From contig CAKQQU010000001.1 in NCBI GenBank assembly GCA_934271085.1, positions 9,818 to 73,817 on the forward strand: a stretch of DNA of 64,000 nt, given 5' to 3'. Numbering within the stretch: the stretch's first letter is position 1; each line of letters begins with the position of its first letter. Below are positions 41,804 through 51,800 of this stretch, in pieces. Both the position numbers and the translations under genes were made by a program. A model generated the notes under the pieces. It had not been told where the DNA came from. It worked only from the letters and a program-made list of their open reading frames with translations, and searched no databases. Source of the stretch: an uncultured Bacillota bacterium (lineage in GTDB: Bacteria; Bacillota; Dehalobacteriia; UBA4068).

Positions 41804-42619
41804 ATGAAAAAATTTTTTACTGTTTTATTTCTAAGCGGATTTATTTTCTTTACGGCTGCAGGTACAGCCTGGGCGGACAGCGGTTACTATATTTCCTCCG
41901 GCGGAGAAAGTATCGGCAAGGTGGCTGATTTATTGGGCGTGGATCATAAATTGTTGTCTTTGATTAATGATCTGGACGAAAACCAGCTTTTGCCAGCCGG
42001 CAAACTGCTGCGTTTGCCCCAATCGCCCTGCCTGAAAATTACAGTAGCTTCAGGCGATACTCTGGATTCTCTGGCAAAAGGTTATGATATCAGCGTTGAC
42101 CGTCTGGCTTCCTGCAATGGGCTGCGTCTCTCTGACCGTCTTTATCCGGGGCAGCAACTGCTGGTGCCTTTGGATGATGAAGAGGCTGTCTGCGCCTTTG
42201 AACCGGTAGAAGAACCGGAGCGTGCAGTGCATACGGCCTTTATGCTGGATGATTATTTGTGGCCTGCCATAGGAGCTATCAGCTCGCCTTACGGAGAGCG
42301 TTGGGGTACTTTTCACTGGGGATTGGATATCGCTGTGGATGAGGGCACCCCGGTACTGGCCGCTGCCAGCGGTTGGGTAGAGGAGGCTGGCTGGAAGAAC
42401 GATGCTTACGGTTATGCGGTAATGCTGGATCACAGCAACGGCAGGGAGACCCTTTACGGACATGCCTCAAAAGTAGCTGTGCAGCCCGGGGAATGGGTGG
42501 AGGCCGGGCAGGTGATTGCCTATTCCGGCAGTACAGGCAACAGCACAGGCCCCCATGTGCATTTTGAAATAAGGCTGGATGGCAGCTGTGTTGATCCTCT
42601 GCAGTATTTACCGGAATAA
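41804..42619 (+). CDS. LysM-domain M23 family peptidoglycan endopeptidase
   Basis: Signal peptide, two LysM-like segments, M23 motifs (HWGLDIA, HVHFE). Confidence 0.8.
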   Translation: MKKFFTVLFLSGFIFFTAAGTAWADSGYYISSGGESIGKVADLLGVDHKLLSLINDLDENQLLPAGKLLRLPQSPCLKITVASGDTLDSLAKGYDISVDRLASCNGLRLSDRLYPGQQLLVPLDDEEAVCAFEPVEEPERAVHTAFMLDDYLWPAIGAISSPYGERWGTFHWGLDIAVDEGTPVLAAASGWVEEAGWKNDAYGYAVMLDHSNGRETLYGHASKVAVQPGEWVEAGQVIAYSGSTGNSTGPHVHFEIRLDGSCVDPLQYLPE

Positions 42620-42689
42620 AACGGGCAATAATAATTAAGCGGGGCAGTATCCCCGCACAAAAATAAATGTAAAATCAAGGAGGTAGAAC

Positions 42690-43562
42690 ATGAACAAGCC
42701 GGCAATTTGGCAAAAAGTTACACTGGTTGCTATGCTTATAGCCGCTTTTGCATTATTTGCTGCATGCGGCAATAACGGCACCAATGGAAACGATGTGAAT
42801 GGGGACGATAATGATAATCAGGTAGCAGGCGCAAGCCAGAAAATGGAATATGGCTATATTCTGGAAGTAAATCCCCAGGCAAAGACCATTCTGGTAGAAA
42901 GTTTCCGCATGGTTCCCCAAGTGGATCAGGCTGCTTTGGAGCGGGAAGGGCTTACCGCCGACAGTGAAGGGTTTTATAATGGGTATTATTTGATCACAGG
43001 CGGTTCCCGTATGCTTTATCCTTTGGCAGACAGCGTAGATCTGAAGCTCAGCGATCTGGATTACAGTACCAATAGTTATTATCTGGACAGATACGGTATG
43101 CGAAATTCTGCCGAATGGCTGGAATCCCAGGGAGGGCAGGAAGCTGCCGCCAGCGGCATGGGCGATAATTCTCCCTCGGCTGCTGCCGACGGAGTCAATG
43201 ACCTGACGGAACAGAATGATACTTTTGGCGCAGGCAAAGATACTTTGAATGACACAAATACCGCTGCTGGTAACAATAACGTTAAAAATAATGACGCTGC
43301 CAACAGCGTCAATAAAGGCAACAATGCTCTTGATAACAATAATCTTAATAACAATAATACAGCAAATAATGGGCTGACCAGTGATCTCACTGATAACCGG
43401 GCCGGGAATAATAATACCAATGATACCTGGCGTGCTTATAGCGGCAATGATATTACTTATCTGAATATCCGTATCGGCGCTTATCAGCATATACCTTTCT
43501 GCATTTATCTGGAAAACGGTAAGGTGGTCCGTATCGTAGAGATGGATACCATTTACCGCTGA
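42690..43562 (+). CDS. lipoprotein with Asn-rich low-complexity region, hypothetical
   Basis: Lipobox LFAACGN. Long N/D/G/T-rich tract. RBS AAGGAGGT. Confidence 0.5.
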   Translation: MNKPAIWQKVTLVAMLIAAFALFAACGNNGTNGNDVNGDDNDNQVAGASQKMEYGYILEVNPQAKTILVESFRMVPQVDQAALEREGLTADSEGFYNGYYLITGGSRMLYPLADSVDLKLSDLDYSTNSYYLDRYGMRNSAEWLESQGGQEAAASGMGDNSPSAAADGVNDLTEQNDTFGAGKDTLNDTNTAAGNNNVKNNDAANSVNKGNNALDNNNLNNNNTANNGLTSDLTDNRAGNNNTNDTWRAYSGNDITYLNIRIGAYQHIPFCIYLENGKVVRIVEMDTIYR

Positions 43563-44521
43563 TCCAGATATTTACGGGCTTCCTCCAGAGCAAAGCTGTC
43601 TGTCATACCGGCGATATAATCGCAGACAGCTCTTTCCCTGGAAAAGCAGTGAAATTCCTGTGGCAGAAGCTCGAAATGGGAAAGATAGTAGCTGTAAAGG
43701 CCAAAAATCAGTTCTTTAAGCTTGTCCTCCTGTTCCAGCATATCTGGACGGAAATAGACGTTTTGGAACATGAATTCCCGCAATTCCTGCATGGCAGCAG
43801 CTACCGCATCAGACATTTTGATCTCCGGTATGCCGCTGCTTTGACGGATAATATCAGTAACCATGGTATTGATGCGCTGGGCATGGGTCTCTCCCAGGAC
43901 TTGCCGTATTCGCCGGGGCAGTTTGTCATTGCTTAAATAGCCGCTGCTGATGGCGTCATCAATATCATGATTAAGGTATGCGATACGGTCGCAGTAGCGG
44001 ATCAGCATACCTTCCAGAGTAAAGGGCAGTTCCTCGCCGCTGTGATGAAGTATGCCGTCGCGTACCTCGTGGGTGAGGTTCAGCCCTTTTCCTGCTTTTT
44101 CCAGAATATCTATTTGCCGCAGGCTCTGGCGGCAGTGGTTGAAGCTGGGATCAAGCTTGTTCAGAGCCCGCTCTCCAATATGGCCGAAGGGCGTGTGGCC
44201 CAGATCATGTCCCAGGGCAATGGCCTCTGTAAGATCTTCATTCAGGCGTAAAGCCCTGGCAAGAGTGCGGGATATCTGGGCGACCTCCAGGGTATGGGTA
44301 AGCCGTGTGCGTACATGATCCCCCTGGGGATTGATGAAAACCTGGGTTTTGTGTTTGAGCCTGCGGAATGATTTGGAGTGGATGATGCGATCCCTGTCCC
44401 GTTGCCATACCGTTCGGATAGGGCATTCTTCTTCCGGTTGGGGGCGGCCTTTGCTTTCATAGCTGTGGGAAGCATAGGGCGCCAGATATATTTTTTCTAT
44501 TTTCTGCCAGTCTTTTCGCAT
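43553..44521 (-). CDS. dgt: dGTP triphosphohydrolase-like HD-domain phosphohydrolase
   Basis: HD motif region HVRTRLTHTLEVAQISR...LGHDLGHTPFGH. Start taken as the ATG at 44521, which overlaps the upstream gene's TGA (ATGA). Confidence 0.75.
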   Translation of the reverse strand: MRKDWQKIEKIYLAPYASHSYESKGRPQPEEECPIRTVWQRDRDRIIHSKSFRRLKHKTQVFINPQGDHVRTRLTHTLEVAQISRTLARALRLNEDLTEAIALGHDLGHTPFGHIGERALNKLDPSFNHCRQSLRQIDILEKAGKGLNLTHEVRDGILHHSGEELPFTLEGMLIRYCDRIAYLNHDIDDAISSGYLSNDKLPRRIRQVLGETHAQRINTMVTDIIRQSSGIPEIKMSDAVAAAMQELREFMFQNVYFRPDMLEQEDKLKELIFGLYSYYLSHFELLPQEFHCFSRERAVCDYIAGMTDSFALEEARKYLDQR

Positions 44522-44862
44522 CAGATCTTTGCCTTTTCCAGATATTTTTCCAGTTCCTCCACAGGAATGATAAAACGCCTCCCGCATTTACATGCAGGCA
44601 GGTTGCCTTTTTTGATCTCCTCTATGATGAAAGCATAGGAAAGAGGCAGGATGTTCATCAATTCCTTGATGGTGTAGCCTTTGACTGCGGCCAGTTTACG
44701 GCGGCAGGCAGCATAGTTTTCGGCGTCGGCCGCTGCTATAAAGTATTTACGACCTACTTTATAGGCAGGAATATTGCCATTATCTATATCCCTTTTTACC
44801 GTGGCATAGGCGGTATGGGTCATCTCCGCCGTTTCTTTAAGGGTGAGATACCTGTTTTCCAT
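44521..44862 (-). CDS. tandem helix-turn-helix (excisionase/MerR-type HTH_17 x2) DNA-binding protein
   Basis: Two repeats of LT.KE.AEM...V.R....G.IPA.KVGR.Y.I. RBS GGAGGT 6 nt before the second ATG (MENRY...). Confidence 0.55.
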   Translation of the reverse strand: MENRYLTLKETAEMTHTAYATVKRDIDNGNIPAYKVGRKYFIAAADAENYAACRRKLAAVKGYTIKELMNILPLSYAFIIEEIKKGNLPACKCGRRFIIPVEELEKYLEKAKI

Positions 44863-44934
44863 GGGCATACCTCCAGCTGCTTTCTACATTAAAGGTATGC
44901 GGGAAATGTCGGGTTAATGAATGATAGCAAGGAA

Positions 44935-46647
44935 TTAATTGCCAAAATATATGGCGGTACGCTGGATAATGGCCGCTACCTGAGCCCTGGTGGCGTATGT
45001 GCGCGGAGAAAATAGGTTGCCCGGCATACCGGTGATGATCCCCTTGTCGCTGCACCAGCTTACACCTGTTTTAGCCCATTGGGAAATGCTGCTGCCGTCC
45101 GAATAATTAGGTAAGCTGCCTTCATATATAGTGATATTGCTGCCCATTATTTCCGCAAAAAGGGAGATTATTTTGGCCATCTGCTCGCGGGTGATTTCGT
45201 CATTAGGGCCGAAAAGCCCGTTGCCGTACCCGGATATCAGCCCGTTTTCAACCGCCCACTCCAGATAAGGGAAATAATAGGCATTACTGTCTGTATCAGA
45301 AAAAGAGACAATCCCGCTATGGGTTATTTCGCCACCCAGCTTTTCGTAAAGACGGCCGATTACTGTTACGAACATAGCGCGGGTCATGGATTGTTCGGGG
45401 GCGAATTTGTTGGTGCTTATCCCGTTAAAAAGGCTGTTGCTGACGCAGTAGGTTATGGCGGATTGAGCCCAGTGCCCGTCGATATCATTAAAGGCTTCCC
45501 AGTGTTCGCCGGGCATAAGATAAGCTCCGAAACCCACCGTAACATCATTGTTTGCCGCGGTATAGCTGTAGTTAATCAGTTCATCGCTGAGCGAGCCTTC
45601 ACGGAAAAAGATGTAACGGCAACTATTATCAATATTGGCAAAATATGTCCACTTTACAAATTTTTGGATAATACCGTTATTTTCATAGGTATAAGTAAAG
45701 GTAGGATCCGCGGTTATCCAGCCGGTATCCGGCAGATAGAACTCCACCCAGGCGTGGCGCAGGTTTTCCAGATTGATGCGGCCGTTTATCTGATCCACAT
45801 ATTCGGCAGTGGTATGTACCTGAGGCAGATAAAGATAGCCGTTTTGCCTTTTAGCCGCGATGCCGGCTGCCCGCAGGCAGGAAATATAAAGGTTTGCATA
45901 TCCCTGGCAGTTGGCGGTGCCCCTGGCCAGCACAGCCGCTCCGTCCTGATCCGCTTCCGGATCATTAATATAGGTCAGATAAAGATTTACCGCCGAAAAT
46001 ATTGCCCGGGCTTTCTGATAGGGGTCGCTAAGGGAGCCTACGGCTTTTTGGGTGAAGGCAATTATTTGGGGATCGGTGGAATTGATGCCTTCCCCTGGGT
46101 AGAGATAATTGCTCAGCGCCGGCAGCTCCTCCGCGGAATACTGATCAGGAATATTGGTGCGGTCAAACTGATAGCTCATGGCAGAAACATCTATTACAAA
46201 TCTTTGGGTAAGCTTGATGCTTTGATTGCCGTAAAGATAATCGAAAGTGTAGACCGCGTTGCGGTGACCTTCTTCGTCTTCGGTTATACTAACTGCAGCA
46301 GGCGAAAGGACTTCTCCCCGAATACTGGCATATTCAGGCATCTTGCCATCTATAAGTGGAGTGGTGACCTTAACATTAAAGGCCATGGAACGGCTGTTAT
46401 TGCGGATAGTATATTCGTGGATCAGGGTATAAGTCCATGTACCTGTTTTTTGATAATAAACCCGGTCTGCCAATATGGCTTCATTATCTGATCCTGGGCC
46501 TTCCGGATCGTCAGCAACAATATCTGTGTTGGCAGGCTCCAGATCTTCAAGGGAATTATCGGCTCCGTCGCTGATTGCGGAAGCAGCGGGAGATATCAGC
46601 AACAGCAGCAAAAAAGCAACAGCAAAGACATTAAGTTTTTTAAACAT
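44935..46647 (-). CDS. transglutaminase-like cysteine protease domain protein with three C-terminal SLH (S-layer homology) domains
   Basis: Signal peptide MFKKLNVFAVAFLLLLLISPAASA. TGase core Cys (GTANCQGYANLY), His (HAWVEF) and Asp (DPT). Three SLH repeats (FNDIDGHWAQSAI..., FSDTDSNAYYFPYLEWA..., YSDGSSISQWAKTG...). Confidence 0.7.
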   Translation of the reverse strand: MFKKLNVFAVAFLLLLLISPAASAISDGADNSLEDLEPANTDIVADDPEGPGSDNEAILADRVYYQKTGTWTYTLIHEYTIRNNSRSMAFNVKVTTPLIDGKMPEYASIRGEVLSPAAVSITEDEEGHRNAVYTFDYLYGNQSIKLTQRFVIDVSAMSYQFDRTNIPDQYSAEELPALSNYLYPGEGINSTDPQIIAFTQKAVGSLSDPYQKARAIFSAVNLYLTYINDPEADQDGAAVLARGTANCQGYANLYISCLRAAGIAAKRQNGYLYLPQVHTTAEYVDQINGRINLENLRHAWVEFYLPDTGWITADPTFTYTYENNGIIQKFVKWTYFANIDNSCRYIFFREGSLSDELINYSYTAANNDVTVGFGAYLMPGEHWEAFNDIDGHWAQSAITYCVSNSLFNGISTNKFAPEQSMTRAMFVTVIGRLYEKLGGEITHSGIVSFSDTDSNAYYFPYLEWAVENGLISGYGNGLFGPNDEITREQMAKIISLFAEIMGSNITIYEGSLPNYSDGSSISQWAKTGVSWCSDKGIITGMPGNLFSPRTYATRAQVAAIIQRTAIYFGN

Positions 46648-46975
46648 TTTTTTCTCCGTAATAAGCAGGCGGCTTATTATAAGCCGGTATTCGATCAATA
46701 TATCAATCAATATAATAAACAGGAAAGATTTGTTCCCATTGTATTTGCCGCACAGGTTTTCAGGAATATTTTCCGGAATACGCGCAAGATTATTGTTAAG
46801 TAAGTTTTTGAGATATGCTAAATTTTAAAAGCTGTTTTTTAATAAAGCCTTTAACAGTTTTATTTCTCTGTTCCTATTCGATAATCCTTTATGCTGCTTA
46901 TTGGACAATAGGTTCAATAAATGGTAATATTATGATAATAAAGAGGTATCTGTATATAAAAGTGGGGAGAGTTTT

Positions 46976-47446
46976 ATGAAAACAGCCGTATACGCCGGAA
47001 CATTTGACCCTATCACCAACGGCCATGTGGATATTGCCCAAAGGGCGGCTTCTCTTTTTAACAAGGTTATAGTGGCGGTGGCCAAGGAGAATTATAAAAA
47101 TAATATGTTTTCCCTGGATGAGCGCTGCGCCCTGGCCAGAGAGGCATTAGCTGATATAAAGAATATCGAAGTAGTGGAATTTGATGGTCTGTTGGTGGAT
47201 TTTTGCCATCAGCAGGGTGCGGACGCCATTATCCGCGGCCTGCGGGCTGTTTCCGATTTTGATGCGGAGTTCCAGATGGCCCTGCTCAACAGAAAGCTTA
47301 ATGGCGGTATGGATACGGTTTTTTTGATGAGCGACGCCAAATATCAGTTTATCAGCAGCAGCATTATCCGTAACTGCGCTGGTTTAGGCGCCGAGATAAC
47401 GGACATGGTTCCCGCCTGCGTGGCAGAGGCCCTTAAACGCCGTTGA
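46976..47446 (+). CDS. coaD: phosphopantetheine adenylyltransferase
   Basis: GTFDPITNGH motif, 156 aa. Confidence 0.9.
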   Translation: MKTAVYAGTFDPITNGHVDIAQRAASLFNKVIVAVAKENYKNNMFSLDERCALAREALADIKNIEVVEFDGLLVDFCHQQGADAIIRGLRAVSDFDAEFQMALLNRKLNGGMDTVFLMSDAKYQFISSSIIRNCAGLGAEITDMVPACVAEALKRR

Positions 47447-47453
47447 TTTTGCG

Positions 47454-48095
47454 CTATTTTGACTTTAGGCAGCTGGGGCAAAGCCGGGCTATAGGGCAAT
47501 CGCCGCATTGGGGATTACGGGCGCTGCATCTTTTACGCCCATGCCAGATAAGCCAGTGATGGGCCTCCCCCCATTTTTCTTTTGGGATAAGGGCGCATAA
47601 TGCAGCCTCTGTTTGCTGGGGTGTTTTGGCGTCTGCCAGCCCCATCCGGTTCGCTACCCGGAAAACATGGGTATCTACTGCCAGAGCAGGGATGCCATAC
47701 CCTACGGCCAACACTACATTGGCGGTTTTACCTCCTACCCCCGGAAGAGCTACCAGCTCTTCCTTATCGGCGGGTACCTGCCCGCCGTAGTTGTCGTTGA
47801 TTATGCGGCTGGCCGCTACAATATTCTTGGCCTTATTCTTATAAAGGCCGCAGGAACTGATAAGTGGTTCCAGTTCTTCCGGGGTAAGCGCGGCGAATGA
47901 TGCCGCATCCGGATATAAAGGAAACAGCTTATCCGTGATACGGTTGACCTGGTTGTCATTAGTCTGGGCAGAAAGCATTACCGCAATAAGCAGCTGAAAT
48001 ACCGAGCCGAATTTAAGGGCAGAACCTGTTCCCCTGTATGTTTCTTCCAGAATCGCCAAAATGGCGTCTGCGGTTTTTTTATCTACAGTGCTCAT
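47454..48095 (-). CDS. nth: endonuclease III (DNA glycosylase/AP lyase, 4Fe-4S)
   Basis: HhH-GPD sequence (LPGVGGKTANVVL), C-x6-C-x2-C-x5-C cluster at the C-terminus. Confidence 0.9.
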   Translation of the reverse strand: MSTVDKKTADAILAILEETYRGTGSALKFGSVFQLLIAVMLSAQTNDNQVNRITDKLFPLYPDAASFAALTPEELEPLISSCGLYKNKAKNIVAASRIINDNYGGQVPADKEELVALPGVGGKTANVVLAVGYGIPALAVDTHVFRVANRMGLADAKTPQQTEAALCALIPKEKWGEAHHWLIWHGRKRCSARNPQCGDCPIARLCPSCLKSK

Positions 48096-48215
48096 TTTTA
48101 CCTCACGTATTATAATATTTTATTTTACATCATAGCCCTTAAAATGACAATGGGCAGGCAATTTCTCTTCTTTGCGGCATATATTGCAATGTAGCGCAAA
48201 GAAGGGGTGAGATAT

Positions 48216-48410
48216 ATGGGAAATAATTTTTTCGGCAAGGTGAAAAATTCCCTGACCAGTACCTTTGACCATTGTTTTGGAGAAAATATCGGCAATATAG
48301 TGTTGATGGTGGTAGCAGCCCTGCTGCTTATATCCCTTATGCTTTCGCCGGCTATTTTGATAGCGCTGGCTCTTTTCGGGCTTTTTTTATGGGCATTGCT
48401 TTATTGCTGA
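48216..48410 (+). CDS. small hydrophobic membrane protein, hypothetical (64 aa)
   Basis: ATG after GAAGGGGTGAG. One or two TM segments. Confidence 0.35.
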   Translation: MGNNFFGKVKNSLTSTFDHCFGENIGNIVLMVVAALLLISLMLSPAILIALALFGLFLWALLYC

Positions 48411-48502
48411 TATATTCTGTGTATGATATATTTAATATCATAAAAAAACAAGTATAAATAGTTCTGTCATTATTGATTGATTCTTTAAAGGAGAAGTGTT
48501 TT

Positions 48503-49198
48503 ATGAAGCTGATTTATGAGGGACATGCCTGTTTTCAGATTATCACCGGAGGCGTCAATATCCTGATCGATCCTTATATAAGCGGCAATCCTCTTTGCCG
48601 AAAAACTCCGGATGATTTTACTCCGGATCTGATACTGGTCACCCATGGCCATGGGGATCATCTTGGCGATACCCTGGCTATAGCCCGCCGCTGCGGCGCT
48701 ACTGTCGCCGGGCAGGTGGATCTGATCAATGCCCTTGACTGCCGGGGGATAGATGCGGTCGCTTTTAATTTAGGCGGCAGCTTTGATTTTCGGGGTATAA
48801 GGATAACCATGGTGCCGGCCTGGCACGGTAACGGGATAAGAACCGGCGAGGGCAATATTTATGCCGGAATTGCCTGCGGTTATATAGTAGATGATGGAGA
48901 AAGCCGGGTATACCATGCCGGAGACACCTGTCTTTTCGGCGATATGGCGGCTGTTATTTCCAGATATGACCTGGATTGCGCCTTGCTTCCCATAGGAGAT
49001 TTTTATACTATGGGCCCGGATGACGCGCTGCTTGCTGCCGACTGGCTGAAAGCAGGGACAGTTATCCCCATGCATTACAATACCTTTGATGTTATCCGGC
49101 AGGATGCCGCTGGCTTTGCGGCCAGGGTAGAGCAGAAGACGACCAGCCGCGCAATAGTGCTGAATCCCGGGGATGACTGTTTAATAGGGGATAAATAA
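48503..49198 (+). CDS. UPF0173-family metal-dependent hydrolase (MBL fold)
   Basis: HGHGDH metallo-beta-lactamase motif. RBS AAAGGAGAAG before MKLIYEGHACF. Confidence 0.75.
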   Translation: MKLIYEGHACFQIITGGVNILIDPYISGNPLCRKTPDDFTPDLILVTHGHGDHLGDTLAIARRCGATVAGQVDLINALDCRGIDAVAFNLGGSFDFRGIRITMVPAWHGNGIRTGEGNIYAGIACGYIVDDGESRVYHAGDTCLFGDMAAVISRYDLDCALLPIGDFYTMGPDDALLAADWLKAGTVIPMHYNTFDVIRQDAAGFAARVEQKTTSRAIVLNPGDDCLIGDK

Positions 49199-49218
49199 TG
49201 TTTTTTTGTAAAAAACTC

Positions 49219-49247
49219 TTGCCAAATAGTTTTTTATACTGTATAAT
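49219..49247 (+). promoter_or_regulatory. sigma-A type promoter for tRNA-Thr (TTGCCA-N17-TATAAT)
   Basis: Hexamers seen directly, ~25 nt upstream of the tRNA 5' end. Confidence 0.6.
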
Positions 49248-49274
49248 AATTTTTGCTGCGAGACCGCAGCAGAT

Positions 49275-49350
<76 letters not shown>

Positions 49351-49352
49351 TA

Positions 49353-49388
49353 AACCTTCTGCGATAGCGGAAGGTTTTTGTTTTTTTA
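49353..49388 (+). terminator. rho-independent terminator after tRNA-Thr
   Basis: AACCTTCTGCGATAGCGGAAGGTTTTTGTTTTTTT. Confidence 0.8.
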
Positions 49389-49444
49389 AGCACTGGGGGA
49401 TTATTAACAAGATAATTATCTTCGGCAGCTGACAGGGGGCGGCA

Positions 49445-50221
49445 ATGAAAAACTTTTTAATAGAATCTGCCCTGCTTACCCATGGTCTGGTTTCTCTTAA
49501 GGACGATTTTATGGAGCAGTTTTGGCCCAAAGACCTGGATAATATTGCTTGGGTAGACGGAGGACAGATAAGGACAGGGTCTATAGCGGATTATCTTTTT
49601 TTTCGCCGCAGCCATGAAAAGCTGCTGCGTATAGATTCCGCCAGCCTTTCTTCCGCTTTATCAGAAGGTTGCTCCGGTGGGCTTACTGCCTCCGGTACTA
49701 TGGCAGCCTGCCTGCTGCAAGGGCTGAGCCTGGCTGTTACCTGCGGCATGGGCGGTATCGGCAATATTCGCGGAGCGGAGTTTTCTGCTGACCTGACAGC
49801 CCTGAGCCGGCTGCCGGTGGCTTTGATAGCAACATCCCCCAAAGATATGCTGGATATACCGGCTACTATAAACTGGCTGGCGGAGCATGGGGTAAAAGTT
49901 TTGGGCTACGGCAGTTCTTTCTGCGATGGATTTATTTTCCCTGGCGCCAAAACAGAGCTGGCAGGTTGTATGGAGTGGGGGGCGGAACGGCCGCTGCTTC
50001 CGGGAGAGCTTTTGCTTAATGCTATAAGCAAAGAGTGCAGGCTGCAGGATACTGACTTTTTGCGGCAGGGGATCGAGGTTGGCAAAGTCGCTGTAAAAAA
50101 AGGAGAATATTTTCATCCTGCCGCCAATGGTACGATAGACCGTTTGAGCAAAGGACAAAGCGCCATGATACAGCTTCGATCGCTTATAGCCAATGCATTA
50201 CTGGCAGAGCGCTGCTGTTGA
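49445..50221 (+). CDS. pseudouridine-5'-phosphate glycosidase family protein (PsuG/IndA-like, short form)
   Basis: Recalled PsuG motifs: ESALLTHGL (cf. ESTIISHGMP) and GMGGIGNIRGAEFSADL...VALIATSPKDMLDIPATINWLAEHGVKVLGY (cf. GGIGGVHRGAE..DISADL..VVCAGAKSILDL..TLEYLET.GVP.IGY). No psuK partner nearby. Confidence 0.55.
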   Translation: MKNFLIESALLTHGLVSLKDDFMEQFWPKDLDNIAWVDGGQIRTGSIADYLFFRRSHEKLLRIDSASLSSALSEGCSGGLTASGTMAACLLQGLSLAVTCGMGGIGNIRGAEFSADLTALSRLPVALIATSPKDMLDIPATINWLAEHGVKVLGYGSSFCDGFIFPGAKTELAGCMEWGAERPLLPGELLLNAISKECRLQDTDFLRQGIEVGKVAVKKGEYFHPAANGTIDRLSKGQSAMIQLRSLIANALLAERCC

Positions 50222-50241
50222 CCTTGAAAATATCCAGATGC

Positions 50242-50278
50242 AAATACCCGGTACTGCAAAACAGTACCGGGTATTTTG
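50242..50278. terminator. bidirectional terminator between psuG-like gene and lipoprotein gene
   Basis: AAATACCCGGTACTG-CAAAA-CAGTACCGGGTATTTT perfect 15-bp stem. Confidence 0.85.
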
Positions 50279-50306
50279 GGAGGATGTGATTTACCCATAT
50301 TGGGAT

Positions 50307-51800
50307 TTAGCCGGCGCTGCGTATCAGCTGTATGGTTTTGCCCAACTCACTGTCCAGCAGGGGTCGGCCGGTGAGGCAGCGCATATCCAGCTTCATATAA
50401 TCATCTTTGTTGACATTCAGCAGCAGCGCTCCGCTATAGCCGTCTTCATAATAGCTGTTATAATAATAGACCATGCCTTCCTGGGTCATTCCCAGATACG
50501 CTATGTTGCCCACCAGAATGGGGGAATCATATCCTGTCTGATCGGAATAGATGGTCAGGCTGGCTTCTCCGGGATATATATCTACAAAATAAAAGGTGTT
50601 TGCTGTGGAATAGCCCCAGGAATCGCAAATATTATATGGTAAGACGCTCCCTGCCGCAAGCGCCGGGTCAGTCAGCTCATGGCTTTGCCCTTGGGAATCG
50701 ACAGCAAAAACAGCGGCATATGAATTATCGCTGTTGGGACGGGCTTCAAAGGATACTATATCCCTTATCCCGGCCAGGCGCCCGCCGCAGACCAGATAGC
50801 CCGCCTGCAGCCCCATGCTGATATCTGCGTATTCCACATGGCCGTCCTCTGTAAGCAGGAAAAGATAGACAAAGTTGTCATTAACTATAGGACCTACAAA
50901 AATGTCGCTGTAATTATTATAGGCCCCCTGCAGCAGATAAGTACCGCTTTCCGCCCCCAGTGACGCCAGAAAATCAGCGCCTTCCGGGGTGTCTTCTATA
51001 TCAATAGTGATCTCGCCGCCTTCTAGTGTGGCGCGGACAGGGCCCCATTGGGAAGCTTTTTCCGGCTGGGATGGGGCGGCATTAACAGTAATAAGCTGAT
51101 AATACCAGCTTGCCCCTGCAATAGAGCCGATAGGCTGGGCCACTTCAAGCTGACCTTCATCGTTAAGATAAAGCAGTCCGTCTATGCTGATATTATCATT
51201 GCCAATAGTCCAGCTGCGCTGGATATAATTATCATAGTTTAATTCGCTGCCGTCAATATCGCCGTACATATCATCGAAGGTGTTGATTGCCGCTGCCCGC
51301 AGCTGGGTGAGAAACTCTTCCCGGCTAAGGCCTGCTATTGCCAGCAGCTGTTCATTGTCCAACTGTTCGTCTGCCTCAAAATCATAGTTGAATATGCAAT
51401 ATTCAGTATAGTCATTATCCATATATATGGCGATGACCAGTGAAAGCAGGCTGCCGTTCCAGTGGCTTTGCCAGTTGATGTTACTGGGAGTATAAAGCCA
51501 TCCCTGATCCATGTTATAGTGAGCTTCTTCCATTATAGGGTCAAAAACAGTCGCTATTTGCTGATTTATGCTCTCGGCTCCCGGGGTTTCTGCCAGAATC
51601 TGGGGAATGTGATAGGAATAATTCCAGGTATTGCCATAGGTGTCGGTAGCGCTGCCTTCTTCACTGTAAATTTCGCCGATCAGGCTGTCGTCATAGACGC
51701 TCTGGCTGTTGGGATCATCCGTCGGATCTTTGCCGCAGCCTGCCAGCAGTAAAGCTAGCATCATGGCTGCAATGGCAAGCAATAATAATTTATGTTTCAT
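50307..51800 (-). CDS. large lipoprotein, hypothetical (498 aa)
   Basis: Lipobox LLLAGCGKDP after MKHKLLLLAIAAMMLA. RBS AAAGGAGGAT. No recognisable catalytic motif. Long (~285 bp) ORF-free upstream region. Confidence 0.55.
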   Translation of the reverse strand: MKHKLLLLAIAAMMLALLLAGCGKDPTDDPNSQSVYDDSLIGEIYSEEGSATDTYGNTWNYSYHIPQILAETPGAESINQQIATVFDPIMEEAHYNMDQGWLYTPSNINWQSHWNGSLLSLVIAIYMDNDYTEYCIFNYDFEADEQLDNEQLLAIAGLSREEFLTQLRAAAINTFDDMYGDIDGSELNYDNYIQRSWTIGNDNISIDGLLYLNDEGQLEVAQPIGSIAGASWYYQLITVNAAPSQPEKASQWGPVRATLEGGEITIDIEDTPEGADFLASLGAESGTYLLQGAYNNYSDIFVGPIVNDNFVYLFLLTEDGHVEYADISMGLQAGYLVCGGRLAGIRDIVSFEARPNSDNSYAAVFAVDSQGQSHELTDPALAAGSVLPYNICDSWGYSTANTFYFVDIYPGEASLTIYSDQTGYDSPILVGNIAYLGMTQEGMVYYYNSYYEDGYSGALLLNVNKDDYMKLDMRCLTGRPLLDSELGKTIQLIRSAG

